Assembly (NCBI GenBank): GCA_002633005.1
Contig: NMRA01000395.1
Span: 65,804 to 129,803, forward strand
Reading direction: 5' to 3'
Length of the DNA: 64,000 nt
Source: Phoronis australis
Lineage: Eukaryota > Animalia > Phoronida
Shown: positions 51,599 to 64,000 of the stretch, one piece after another
How positions within the stretch are numbered: the first letter of the stretch is position 1
How the letters are laid out: each line of letters begins with the position of its first letter
Program-made: the position numbers and the translations under genes
The notes under the pieces: model-generated
The model's database searches: none
What the model saw: the letters and a program-made list of their open reading frames with translations, nothing else
What the model was told of the DNA's origin: nothing

Positions 51599-53245
51599 AG
51601 GAGCATGCCACCCAAAAAACAACCTAATTTGTATCAATTTAGATCGAGTAGTTCTACTCCATAACGACACGTACGGTTGCGTTACCTGACACCTGAAGGC
51701 AGACGGAGGTGTTGAAATTATCCAATGACGTCATCGGTTTCACACGCAGTCTGTTCAGCAGTTCACAACACGGGATACTGATGTCAGCTTATCGCTTGAA
51801 GTCGACGTTTAACACCAATAAATCATCACACTTCGATGTAAAACCCTTGAAAATACACCGAGTTCTTATAGAAACGTGTTGTTTTATTTCGCTCTTACGG
51901 ATTTATTGGTATTTGGACACACCGTAGCCTACAAAGTTCGGCAGGCCAATAAGGTCCGTAGCAGGAGTTTGGGGTCTGTTCGGAGATAATTTTCAAAGTA
52001 TTTTACGTGAGATACAGACAGGAGAACTTAGATCTGTGTTGTTTAGACTTGTGATTTTTGAGATCTAAACACAAAACGCTTGTTATCCTGGCCATTGGCT
52101 CGGAGCCCGATCAGGCCCGTCGCGGCCGGCCGGATTGACTATGCCGTTATCCCAGCCAGTGGCTCGGAAACTGATCAGACACCACGAACAAAAAACCAAC
52201 CAAAGTTCCGTGGAAACTAAACTTCTAGTCAAAAAATACTATACTAGTGAGCGAAAGTAATGTGCACGGTGATTATGTTGGTGAATTAGCCACGAAATTG
52301 CAAATCTACTTACTCGTCCGGGCCGCGAATTCAGCCGTTCCGCTTTGGCCACAGCACTGTCAGGGCCGAAGTTGTACATTGACAATCATTATTTGAGTAA
52401 TGTAAATGTAAATAAAGATTCCCCTAGCACGTGGCCGTGGGATGGAAATCGAGTTGTTTCACAACAGTTTCTGAGCTCCCACGGTCTTGGTGTCCCGTCA
52501 AATAATTTTATTGCACCTAAAGCCAGTAACGCATAGATTTATTCATTGCTGGCTTCTCAAATCATTTGCACTCACGAATGCTCCAAAGTCATTACAAATT
52601 GCATCTAATGAGACAGACTTTGTTTGAGTTTTATAAGTATTTGTTAGGGTGAGAATAACTCAGTTGAACGCTCAGTTATTAACATGGCAACTAGCAATCC
52701 AGACTTAGGATGAGCTAGAGCTCGATCAGTCCCGACTTCGCAGGTGGATCGTTAAGTTTTGCAGACTATCAATTCGAACAGGAATACAGTGATGAAGAAA
52801 TACTAGAGAGGCGCCGTGAACAAGCTCAGACAACGGAATGTGTGGAGTTATTTGGTAAGCCGGAATTCGTCAGGCACTGTCGACGTCTGGAGGCCACAGA
52901 CACGGAAATGTTTCACGGCCTCATACTTGCTATTTACAGCGTACATTTCATTCTTCACTACCATGAGCCACTTCCTAAGAATTTCGGACTCTCGAGGAAG
53001 TAAAATTAAACGATATACCCGCTTTCCTAGCAGCTGCTTAGTTCGGACCAGCGGGAACGATGCACCGCAACATAGCGGCATTCCTCTGCATATGAACCAC
53101 TGACGTCGCTAGCGTCGTTTCTCACCTTCTTCACAGGTTAACGCGACACCTCTTGGCAAGGTAAGGTCGACCGTATGCGAGGCGATGTGGATATAGACCG
53201 ATTAAGACCGCAAAAAAGACTAATAAAACCGGGTGGCATTCCCCT
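51599..53245 (-). mobile_element. Non-autonomous Kolobok-like element (family A, copy 3, inverted)
   Basis: TTAA|AGGAGCATGCCA...TGGCATTCCCCT|TTAA; reverse complement of copies 1 and 2; THAP remnant 52848-53081. Confidence 0.85.
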
Positions 53246-54446
53246 TTAACCTGACTGGGAGTGCTACTAATATACATGTAGGAGGTGTATGGGACGTGCC
53301 GTTCAGAAATCAAGGGTGACTTTTTCACAGCAGTTACTCTTCAAAACTATGCTATGTGCAATAGAATTCTCTAGATGAGTGAGTTTCCTTACTTTATAGC
53401 AGATCCCACCCCCAGGACTATCAGATTAGTTACCGAATTAACATGAATGAGCTACTCAGTAAATTCGTATCATTGCATTGAAGTAAATAATGACACCTAG
53501 AAAGAGTTTTATTGGTTGAAATCAGAAACACATTTAGGTTTCATAAAAATGTACATTCTGAAATCGCTTTTAGCCTGTTCATATATTTTGATTATGGACG
53601 CTGTTGCACAGGGAAAATTACAATTGTTTTAACAAATAATGCTGTTCGTTTGTATGTGAGTGGTTGTTCAGTTTGCCATTTCGTTTTTAAATACACTAAT
53701 TAGTGTTTATTCTCGAATTTTGTGCATACCAGAATGTTATCCAACTAGCTACGATTGAAAACATGCTTTGCTAGCATATGGAACTTTTGTTACAGACAAG
53801 TTAACACAAAACCTAAAACTGTTCAAAGGTTTTCTTAAGAAATCTCTGAAAATAGTTTCACTTTTAACAAATCAGATGCAAAGGGAAAACTTCGTTTTGA
53901 TCGCCTGACATTTCTATAGGTCGACAGGAAAATGACAATTCGCAAGCGTAATCGGTAATCACCTCAGCTTTATAAAGAAGCAGCACAACTGCCCTGTATG
54001 GGGCTTTAAAATTGAAGAAATATTGAGGTTTGAATAATTAGTGAAAACCTTGCTTATTGATGAAAAATTGTTTCGATCATCAAAGGGTAAGATTAACGGA
54101 CTTTTTACTGACAATAAGGCAATCGATGCAATCACTGAATGTCATTTTCGCATGATGCGTACCAAATTGAAAAGTTTTTACCATTAGTAGAAAAACTTTC
54201 TTCTGAAAGGAAATGTCACTCAGGGAGAAAAGACAGGTATTTATACCAGATGTTTTTGTTTTTCATTTTCGCTGGAATCGAGTTTCAATGGCTAGTAAAA
54301 AAGGTACAGTTTCGGCACGTGGCGGCTTTCCTTCATGTACACTCATTCAGCCTCAGTAACGTCCAAAATTAGATCCTTGAAGGTAAACATAACATCATAT
54401 CACTTGACTCGCTTTGTGCCCAAAATCTGACTCTGAACTAGACCAG

Positions 54447-56045
54447 GGCCCGGTCTCCAATCTCCGTACTCAGACTCGAATCATGCTCAAACTCACACTT
54501 CATACTCAACTCGAGTACAGACTCAGCTTTGGTGTATTCAATGTCATACTCGAAAAATCTGTACTCGAAATTTCGAGCACGTACTCAGTTTTCGAGTGTA
54601 CTCGAACTGAAGTGTATCTCATCTATATTTCGAGTACGATTTTGAGTAAAAATTCGGAGTCTATGCTCAAATTTCAAGTTTGGTATGGCAGTGTGCTTGA
54701 AATCGTACTCGAAAATAAATACGANNNNNNNNNNNNNNNNNNNNNNNNNNNNNNNNNNNNNNNNNNNNNNNNNNNNNNNNNNNNNNNNNNNNNNNNNNNN
54801 NNNNNNNNNNNNNNNNNNNNNNNNNNNNNNNNNNNNNNNNNNNNNNNNNNNNNNNNNNNNNNNNNNNNNNNNNNNNNNNNNNNNNNNNNNNNNNNNNNNN
54901 NNNNNNNNNNNNNNNNNNNNNNNNNNNNNNNNNNNNNNNNNNNNNNNNNNNNNNNNNNNNNNNNNNNNNNNNNNNNNNNNNNNNNNNNNNNNNNNNNNNN
55001 NNNNNNNNNNNNNNNNNNNNNNNNNNNNNNNNNNNNNNNNNNNNNNNNNNNNNNNNNNNNNNNNNNNNNNNNNNNNNNNNNNNNNNNNNNNNNNNNNNNN
55101 NNNNNNNNNNNNNNNNNNNNNNNNNNNNNNNNNNNNNNNNNNNNNNNNNNNNNNNNNNNNNNNNNNNNNNNNNNNNNNNNNNNNNNNNNNNNNNNNNNNN
55201 NNNNNNNNNNNNNNNNNNNNNNNNNNNNNNNNNNNNNNNNNNNNNNNNNNNNNNNNNNNNNNNNNNNNNNNNNNNNNNNNNNNNNNNNNNNNNNNNNNNN
55301 NNNNNNNNNNNNNNNNNNNNNNNNNNNNNNNNNNNNNNNNNNNNNNNNNNNNNNNNNNNNNNNNNNNNNNNNNNNNNNNNNNNNNNNNNNNNNNNNNNNN
55401 NNNNNNNNNNNNNNNNNNNNNNNNNNNNNNNNNNNNNNNNNNNNNNNNNNNNNNNNNNNNNNNNNNNNNNNNNNNNNNNNNNNNNNNNNNNNNNNNNNNN
55501 NNNNNNNNNNNNNNNNNNNNNNNNNNNNNNNNNNNNNNNNNNNNNNNNNNNNNNNNNNNNNNNNNNNNNNNNNNNNNNNNNNNNNNNNNNNNNNNNNNNN
55601 NNNNNNNNNNNNNNNNNNNNNNNNNNTAATAAGGTGAAGAATAAGAAGATTTAAGATGAAAACTATTATCTCTGAACTGAAATTGAAGTGCTGAGATACG
55701 GTAAGAGGACTTATTTTTTTAGATTTGCTGTGTTTCTTGGTTCCTTTTCGATATTTTGTTCTCTGGCTCGTATTTATTTTCGAGTACGATTTCAAGCACA
55801 CTGCCATACCAAACTTGAAATTTGAGCATAGAGTCCAAATTTTTACTCAAAATCGTACTCGAAATATAGATGAGATACACTTCAGTTCGAGTACACTCGA
55901 AAACTGAGTACGTGCTCGAAATTTCGAGTACAGATTTTTCGAGTATGACATTGAATACACCAAAGCTGAGTCTGTACTCGAGTTGAGTATGAAGTGTGAG
56001 TTTGAGCATGATTCGAGTCTGAGTACGGAGATTGGAGACCGGGCC
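54447..56045. mobile_element. PIF/Harbinger-type element with near-perfect ~280-bp TIRs spanning an N gap, TSD CAG
   Basis: cag|GGCCCGGTCTCCAATC ... GATTGGAGACCGGGCC|cag; arms 54447-54724 and ~55767-56045. Confidence 0.8.
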
Positions 56046-57086
56046 CAGACTGTTGGTCTTCTTTAGTTTCAGTCCCTCATGTTTCTTCCAGGAAAAGAAA
56101 TACAGTGTAGGCCATTGTTGTCCACACATGACTCAATGGGCATCCTAAACAACAAGGCTGGCTAGTGTACAGTAGCAGTCAGATATACATGTATAATAGT
56201 CCCTCTTCACACACAAACAATCCATTGGCATACTTCCTTATGGTTATTTAGTACTTCGAATGACATTTCTCCTGGCCCACTGGCTTGTACATGTACATGT
56301 ACGTTGTGCCATGCAGCACTGCTGGTGAGTGAACGACATGCTGTGCGAAGAGAAAGGAGTGACAAAGCTTGTCTATGTTGCGGCTTGAAGTGGCCTTTAA
56401 AATGTCACTGATCCTGGAACAAATATTGAAACATGAATAATTCAGTACGTCAATTTGGGTAAAAAATATGACAACTGCTTTACAATTTCGCACAAAATAA
56501 GGTAATTACTATTTCCAGAAGGCCATGGTGTATGATAATATAATAACTATTGATTCCTATAAAACTGCGTTATGTTTTTCATTCCTAGCAATAACAATTC
56601 TTTAAACGCACCGCTTGTCCGGTCTGCAAAATATGCAAGTTAGTTGAGACAACTTCAAACCTTGTTACCCAGTTTCAAGCCTTTTGATTTTTGATACTTT
56701 CAGCAAATTTAAACACCGATTACAGATTCATGGGTCTGTCATGCACACTTCTGGTCTAAGACTGAGGGAACCGTCTCTCAGATTTTTTATTTTTCTTACA
56801 ATACAAGATATGAAGACTTGGGTCATTTAAAAAATGATGGATAACCTTTCCGTTGTTTAAGAGTAATTAAAAATCCTTAGGCACCATTATTTGCGTATTG
56901 ATAATGAGAATAATATGTTCAAATAAGACCTCACTCGTATGTTCACAGCAAAAATGCAACGTTTCAAGGCATAATACTGTTCAGTCATTGAGAATTCAGA
57001 AAATCCAATACGTTTTTATGAGTTTACAATGGATAGAAAAACAGTTTCTTGAAACTTGAAACAACTTCATGAAGGTTAAGAATTAC

Positions 57087-57955
57087 CTCACCATGCTCTT
57101 TCCCTCGGACACTATTACCTGTTATTTTCACAAATTCAGTTACTACAAATTTTACAACCTCAACCCCCTATGCCAACCTCCCGCTAAGGACCTGAATAAG
57201 AAAATCGACAAAACAAATTAATACCTTTCTTCAAAAATAGCTTTCCCTTTCCAAAGGCTTTGTCCTTTGTCTACGATATGCAAAGTAGGCTTTGACGAAA
57301 GATCTGCACTGGATAGGAAGATTTTGCTGGTTAGCTGCAGTCCACCTCTTAACACCAATTTTTGTCCATTCAGGGACGGTTGCAGAAAGGATGCATATCT
57401 CCTCTGCACGGCACTATAGCCTACAAACCTGAAAGCCAGTGGTCAGGTGCAAACAGACATGATATATTTCCATGTCAACGTGTAATAGATTTCCGGATGA
57501 CATAGGATAGCGAGTAAACAAATGGTCTAATAGATATTTGTCACGTACCCTTTGGGCTTAGATTGCAGTCATACACGTACATGTACCTTATTAACCAACA
57601 TCGAGTTGGCAACATAGACATTCAACATGGATTGGTATAACTGTCACTGATAAACTTGTTAGAAATCATTCCAACATTAATAATACTGCGTTGATGTACG
57701 AAAAAATCCCGAGTGCTACGTCAAGTTTCGTAACGCATATCACAACAAACAATGATTAACCCGGCTGGCGACTGCCGCGAAGTCGATATCGGCCAGTACC
57801 AATTAGTTAACAGGCATTAGTATTGTAAGCATGAAATAATCGTTAAAATAATAACAAACCTTACCTTCTATAAGATCATGCTTACTTCCTCTCGTAGAAG
57901 CACCCTTTTTACGCAATCTCAGATTCACTTGGCCCCGCAGAAATCCATTTCACCA
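57087..57955 (-). pseudogene. Degenerate spliced remnant with SAP-like start (transposon accessory gene-like)
   Basis: Exon ending LRLRKKGASTRGSKHDLIE|gtaagg (~57865); next acceptor tggctttcag (~57429); further exon-like blocks 57428-57224 and 57190-57087 with frameshifts. Confidence 0.4.
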
Positions 57956-59010
57956 TGTATTGAAGGGCTCGCGAAATCGATGCTGCTTAATCCATCACTA
58001 CTAGTACACGCACGCCCTCTAGTAATGTAACGATTGTCGAATAGCCCCATTGGTGATCTGTAATAATATCACAAAAACACAACAGATTTCATTGTTTTAT
58101 AATTTAATCAAAGATATTATCTTCAAAAGATGTATTCGTCCAAAAGTTGACAAAGATGCGTTTTTTTTCAGCCGTAAAAAGGTAGACAACTTCAGTTAAG
58201 GTTTAACTCAAACACGAACGTGTGAGGTCCGGTCAGCATTTATTTCTTTGCTTACTTAGTAAGAGTTTTGACCTACATTTTCTTGCTCATTTCTTGTCAC
58301 ACGGACGACAACAACGCGAAAAAATCTCGCGTAAGTGTACATATACTGTGTGAGGTTAAGTGCCGATTTATCGCAAAAGATCGTTAAATTTGTGCAACTT
58401 TTTGATGTTGTAGAAAGTTTTATCAGAAAGGAGACTTTGTTGTGTCACGTGGTTGCATGTTTGACTTATGACCTTGTTCTGCGGCCATTGTCGAGTTGCT
58501 GATTTTTTTCAGAAAAGCCACCGTTATACCGGGATACCGGGTAAATTAATTGCTTTTACCTGACGTCGCTTATTTCTCGCACCCGTACCCCTGTTTTTGG
58601 CATTGTGACTTCTGGTGGCTTGCACGTTCGCGTACGCGTTTAACGTGTAGTCAAAGATCTCTGACAATGTGCTTTTAATTATCTCTGCCACACCATTACC
58701 ATTGAGTAACACGGGCACAAAATAAAGGCATCGAAACTGACGGGAAAGAGAGAAAATACCCGGCGGAATACAACCTGGCAGCGTACATTCACAAACCACA
58801 CACCAACAGACACACATGTACACTATAGTCCCGTCCACGCACTGTCTACCCTAAAACAACTTGCATTTGTGCAACTTGCACCCCTTTTAAGTGCATTGTC
58901 CACATACACACGAATAACTGAATGTAAGACGGAAGTTATCGCAGTGTGCGTGACAATGAACCGTTAATGAGATTATCGCACGCAAGCACGAAACGCCAAA
59001 GGGTTCTTAA

Positions 59011-62000
59011 AGCCCACCCCGGCCAACCCGCGTTCGAGAACGCCCGGAAGGCGATCGAGAAGAAATTTGGCGCGAAAATAGAAGCCAGGCAAGGTGAGTA
59101 AATTTGATAAATTTCCGTTGTCCTTACTTCCAATGTGAAAAGAGAGACATGAGTGCAAGTCGTAACTCATTGAGGCATTTTGGCAAATTACAGTTATTTT
59201 TGACACTAAATCAATAAATGGACCATGAAGTTATGAAGAAATGACTTGTGAAAATATAACGCAACGCTTGTTGTTTATAGTTTCATCAAGATCTCTCTTT
59301 TGTGTTGAAAGATGCGATCGAGGACGCAAATTTGTGTTTGCTTATGCGATCGGGAACGCATCGTGTTGTTTCGAACAATAATGAACTTTTTACCTGTGAA
59401 ACGTGGAAAAATTTAAAATATAACTGTGGTATAATGAATTAATCACATTTTGCTTCATTACCGTGTTACTTTCGTATGAAAACTAAACAATATCATAGCA
59501 TATTACCAGGAAATCGTCATGAGCACTACATGTACATCAAGCATATTATTTTAGTAATAGATGTTTTCACAAATGAATGTACTTTCATTCCAGGAAACAA
59601 TTAAGTTCGCTGTTATTGTGAGGCGAGCTTCAACAAACGTGTTAAAAAGAGGTGCAGGTGGCCTGATGCCTTTTGAGGTACATCAGGCGTGTTTTATCCA
59701 CAAGGCCGGGTCCATTACACTAATCACCTACATGTACTTATGACTCATGGGAACATGACACCACCGGATTCCTCATGGGTGAAATCTTCTAATCTGCCTG
59801 TTTGTTTCAGAAATACAGAAAGACTATTAAACCTTTTTGAACTATCAATGTTAACCAGGCAGGTTACGTGTCCATCAAGTAGTAGATTACGGTGTCCATT
59901 GTAGGCAGGGCAAAACTCAACCAGATGATGAGGAGTCTCGGCCTCCAAGCCACAGTTGGGACACAATGAACATACCATGTGGCCTGTGATGTTACGGTGC
60001 CGAGCTAAGTTGCAGTGTCCAATAATAACCTGGATCCGCTGCCTTATAGCAAGACTATCTAAACATAACAGTTTCTTTGAACCTTTTGGTTCAATAGGAC
60101 TTGGAAAAAGTTGTTTGATTTGTCTGCCGGCAGAGAGCTTTCTCCATGCATCCACAGACTGTTTGCGCAGCCAGTGCCTTACCTTTGCTCCACAGCACCC
60201 ATAGGCAACTGGTATGCAAGGTTCTTGTACAAAATAGGGTGTACTTGTTCCTTTTTTGCAAGTTTGTCAGCTGCTTCGTTACTGTCAATTCCAACATGGG
60301 CTTCATCCGAGTTCACATGAACAGTTCTGCTGGCTGATAGGTGGTTAATTTCGTTTATACGGGCCAGGACCCAATGGGAGTTGATCTTGAACTTAGAGCT
60401 TTAATAGCTGCTTGATTGTCTGAGAGTATGAAGAGTTCCTTGTTACCAAGGACTGTTTCATGCTTCCTTGCCAGTTGGGCAGCCTGGTGAATGGCGACAA
60501 TTTCACCCCAAAAGACTGTAACGGTGTTATACCCAGTGATATCCATCTTTCTTTGTCGACACCTGCAAGGTCTGGAAAGTAAATTCCTGATCCTGACTAT
60601 CCGTTGTCAAGTTTAGAGCCATCAGTGTATCAAACGGACTGTTGGTCATTGTAATCAATGATTTCAAGACCACCTCCGATTTCTGTATAGAAATTGTGTC
60701 TGTGATTTAGGGTCGTCTCGAAAACTTCACTTGGCATTGCCAAAAGTGTTCCAGTTTCTGACATTAACCTGTTGCATACATTAACATGTCTCTTATGGGC
60801 AACAGTATCCCTGATTCGCGCATTTCTCCAATGCCCATTACACCTCATACGGTAAGCTGAAAGCACACCTTCACGGCTGAGGTAAATATGCAGGGGTGAC
60901 AAGCCAATAAACATATCCATGGCAGCTTACCAGGGTTTTGAAATACAAACATCTACTTTTAGACGGAACCGCTGAGAACAAGGTGTTCTAAACTGAAGAC
61001 TCACAAAGTTGTTCCATATGTGGCGTGTCGGCCAGGGATGATAATGAGCTTGCCCATGGGGATAGAGAGGAGTGCGGCAACACTATTCACGAGATGATTC
61101 AAAGATTCCCATCCAGGAACGTCTGGGATCTAAAAATTGACCAGAAGATGGGTAAACTGATGTGCTGATAAAACGGGTGAGATTTCACTTAATGTTTTAC
61201 TGATACCATCAATACTGAGATGAAGAGATTGACTTTTGGCACCCGTGTGGCTTCAATGTACGTTGTGTTTGACTCTTCTGTTTTCTAGTCTTGGTCTAAG
61301 TTCATCGTGCATTTTAAGTTCACGATCTATAGTTTAATGTGGATTGAAAAAGAATGAGACAGCTATAATATAGGCAATACATGTATCTTGTGATTTTCTC
61401 AAAACAGTCAACATGTTGTTTTTAACGTCACTTCAACTACACACTGTAGTGATTTACACCGGAAGCCAACAGCAATACTATAGCATTTCCATTATAATAC
61501 TAATCTTTTATCAAACAAACCTTAAACTTGGTCATACAAAGTATATAAAATATTGTTTTAGGGAAATCAATATTACAAATCCATTGAAAAATTCCTACCA
61601 GTTACTTTTGGAATATATTAGACTAAATCATCACTGAATCATAGACGATGTATTTCAGGCTGACTGATAGTATAATAGTCACTCACCGGAAATCAACAAC
61701 AATATGAAAACAATTTCTACAATAATCACAGGCATATAATTTCTTTCTTTAAAGTACTAATTGGTCAGAACAATTGTATGTAAGTATTACCTAATTACAA
61801 TTACCATGGCTTTTTTAAATCTACCTAAACACTACAAAACTGCACTGGTTCTGTTAAAGATCCTGCTGAAATAACACAAATATAGAATGGAACTTGAAGA
61901 AAAAAGGTTCAAAACAAAACGTCAAAATACTATCACATCAGACAACTACCAACATAAACTGTAAATCCGAAAAAAACTATAGTGACTTAATAACGTTCGC

Positions 62001-63113
62001 CACTGGACTTAATGATTTCATTCATTCAGACGTTTCGGCTTCTTATGCCTGTAGATTAAGAAGGCATACTGTTTGCACGACATGTTACATTCATCGTGAC
62101 CAGAAAAAGTAGTGGCCTTGTGTTGTGACGCAATGTGTCACGTCAAGCTCACTTTTTGTGAAACGTTGATCACAGATAGGACACTCAAAGAATCGACTTG
62201 GTTCCTGTAAAAAACTCTTGGTGCATACAACGCGTCAATCACAGGGCTGGTAAAGGTCGTGCTTGCTGTAGTCTCACTTTGTTTTATTGCCATATGGTCA
62301 TACTAACTATAAGTCGATTTCTTAGTTACTGAACGAAGCTCCACAACATACGCACACACTCTACTATGACATGTAACAGTTGTACTATTCTTGAATTCGT
62401 GAACGCACCCTAAAAGACTCGTCGTGTAACTACAATTAAAACGAATTCAGTTATGTTTTTAGGCTAAATCTCACAGACAAATAAATCATGGAAAAGGCGA
62501 TGAAATATAATTAATAATCAACCCATCAACTAATTTAGGGTCCGTATTATTCTAAAATTATTGACATAATACCGTAACTTGAACGACTATCCAGGCCAAT
62601 GCAGAGAAAAAATGTGCGTTCACCATCGCCTTTTTGTGTTCAGAATCGCCATAGAGAATTAACGACTTCGTTCCCGATTGCTGTCTCACACAAGGACCTG
62701 CTTGTATTGGTAAATATATCAAATTGTTTCCCAAATCATAACTAACAAATGTGTCACCAGGGACAATTAAACTATAAACGCCACACGTCTCAAGTTAAAA
62801 ACCCTGAAATTGCTAATAACAAATAGACATTGTCGATTTTACGAGGCGCAAGGCAGTTAACCGAAAACCATTGTTTTCTGAGCTCTTTATTTTAAAAAAA
62901 TAAGCAAAAGCCAAGTATTAATTCAGACCCACAACAAAGGCTACACGCTGGCGCTTCTGTGTGTGTCGCATTCGTACCAAAGTAGCCTTTATTAAGAAGA
63001 AAACAACACTTAAACTCACCGTTACGTCACTGTCGTCTGCCATTTTTGGTGCATGGTCTCGCTCTCGATCGCCTTGCGGGCGTTCGCGATCGCGGGTTGG
63101 CCGGGGTGAAGCC
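59011..63113. mobile_element. Probable Harbinger-type element, ~50-bp TIRs, TSD TAA
   Basis: taa|agcccaccccggccaacccgcgttcgagaacgcccggaaggcgatcgaga ... tctcgatcgccttgcgggcgttcgcgatcgcgggttggccggggtgaagcc|taa. Confidence 0.65.
59745..60925 (-). mobile_element. 5'-truncated non-LTR retrotransposon fragment (RNase H + CCHC knuckle; I/Loa-group-like)
   Basis: YTDGSK, TVFWGEIVAI, ILSDNQAAIKAL, HVGIDSNEAADKLAK, and C-terminal IIGHC..CPNCGLEAETPHHLVEFCPAY; stops and frameshifts. Confidence 0.88.
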
Positions 63114-63884
63114 TAACTTCAACGGAACTTTGTTATTTTAAATGTATTAGGCTAACTAGGTTCTCCTAGCAAGCCTCGGGATTTTGAAGAAATTTCAAAG
63201 AGGTTTTGCCCATGTCATAAACCTGATACCCGTGTAGGATTCTCTATGTACATGTATGAAAGAATAATCAATAAATAGATGGTTAGGCAATGCAGGCTTA
63301 CGGTTTAAGATTCATGGGATTCGTTTGATCTGTTGAAAAGACTGGTTTGGAATCTGTTCACATTACTAAATGGATTAGTTGGGCGTGACATTTAGTACAT
63401 GAAGATTTCAGTACTAGTGTGACCCACTGAACGTGGTCAAAATCGTTTAAAGGCACATACCGGTTTGATCACTTTCGAATGTATGGTGTTCCTGGCTGGT
63501 CAAATCAATCGATTACAATTCACGGAAGATGTGGATTGTCATCCTTAACAACTCATAAAGTTCACGAAGTAAATGTAAGTTCAGCGTCAACAAGTCATTA
63601 CTTTTCACCCGTCAAAGTAGGACAGTTCCAAATCAAAGACTGGTGGCTCTTTACTAACCCTTTTGGTGGTAGAAACCAATTAACTAATCGCTAAAGTGGT
63701 TATCGCTCCGCTCACGCGATCACTTGGCGTCGTCTTAGACAAGAACAACGGCAATTGAATATTGGTCAGAGAAATGACTTTACGATTCTGGGCGTTTTTT
63801 GCTCTATAGCTTCCATTGGGATCCAAAAACTGGCCAGTGGATCTTAACTCAATACTGATAAACAATACATTTTGTTACCGCTAA

Positions 63885-64000
63885 TTTCTTAGTAAAGATG
63901 TGGTGTTTCGAAGCCAGAAAGTGAAGATTTTCTTTTTAGAAAAGATGTGGTGTTTCGAAGCCAGGAAGTGTAGATTTGCTTTTTAGTAAAGATTTGGTGT
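63885..64000. repeat. Minisatellite, ~46-bp unit, running off the window end
   Basis: ttagtaaagatgtggtgtttcgaagccagaaagtgaagatttt repeated about 2.5 times. Confidence 0.85.

Noticed and set aside
54414-55807. Long ORFs of 314-407 aa (and similar ones at 41094-41434 and 44111-44591)
   Set aside because: Their length comes from N runs.

Overview
Metazoan (probably marine invertebrate) draft-assembly window, moderately AT-rich and dominated by DNA-transposon remnants, with several N gaps and single-n contig joins. The only intact host gene I can reconstruct is not recovered as a unit by the ORF track. It is a minus-strand gene with three coding exons (30567-30469, 21089-21000, 15657-15562; two phase-0 GT-AG introns) encoding a 94-aa secreted precursor: MRQDISSILAVAVIACLLVSAVNA|ESCKSNFERCETTPECCQGVCIMGKC-RDMTKM-CIPNGFRCTNHRQCCQSFCYGVKPGRYGYCGWSRRLYR. 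The mature peptide is a tandem 'double-knot' of two C-C-CC-C-C (ICK/knottin-type) domains, and skipping the symmetric middle exon would give a chimeric single knot. The rest of the window contains at least four families of TTAA-flanked THAP-bearing Kolobok-like elements; a three-level nest (Kolobok-like > hAT carrying an OTU/vertnin-like gene > Academ); 5-bp-TSD hAT-type MITEs; Harbinger-type MITEs; a Helentron/HINE-like element; an RNase H-type LINE fragment; and simple repeats. All family assignments come from reading motifs by eye, with no database search.
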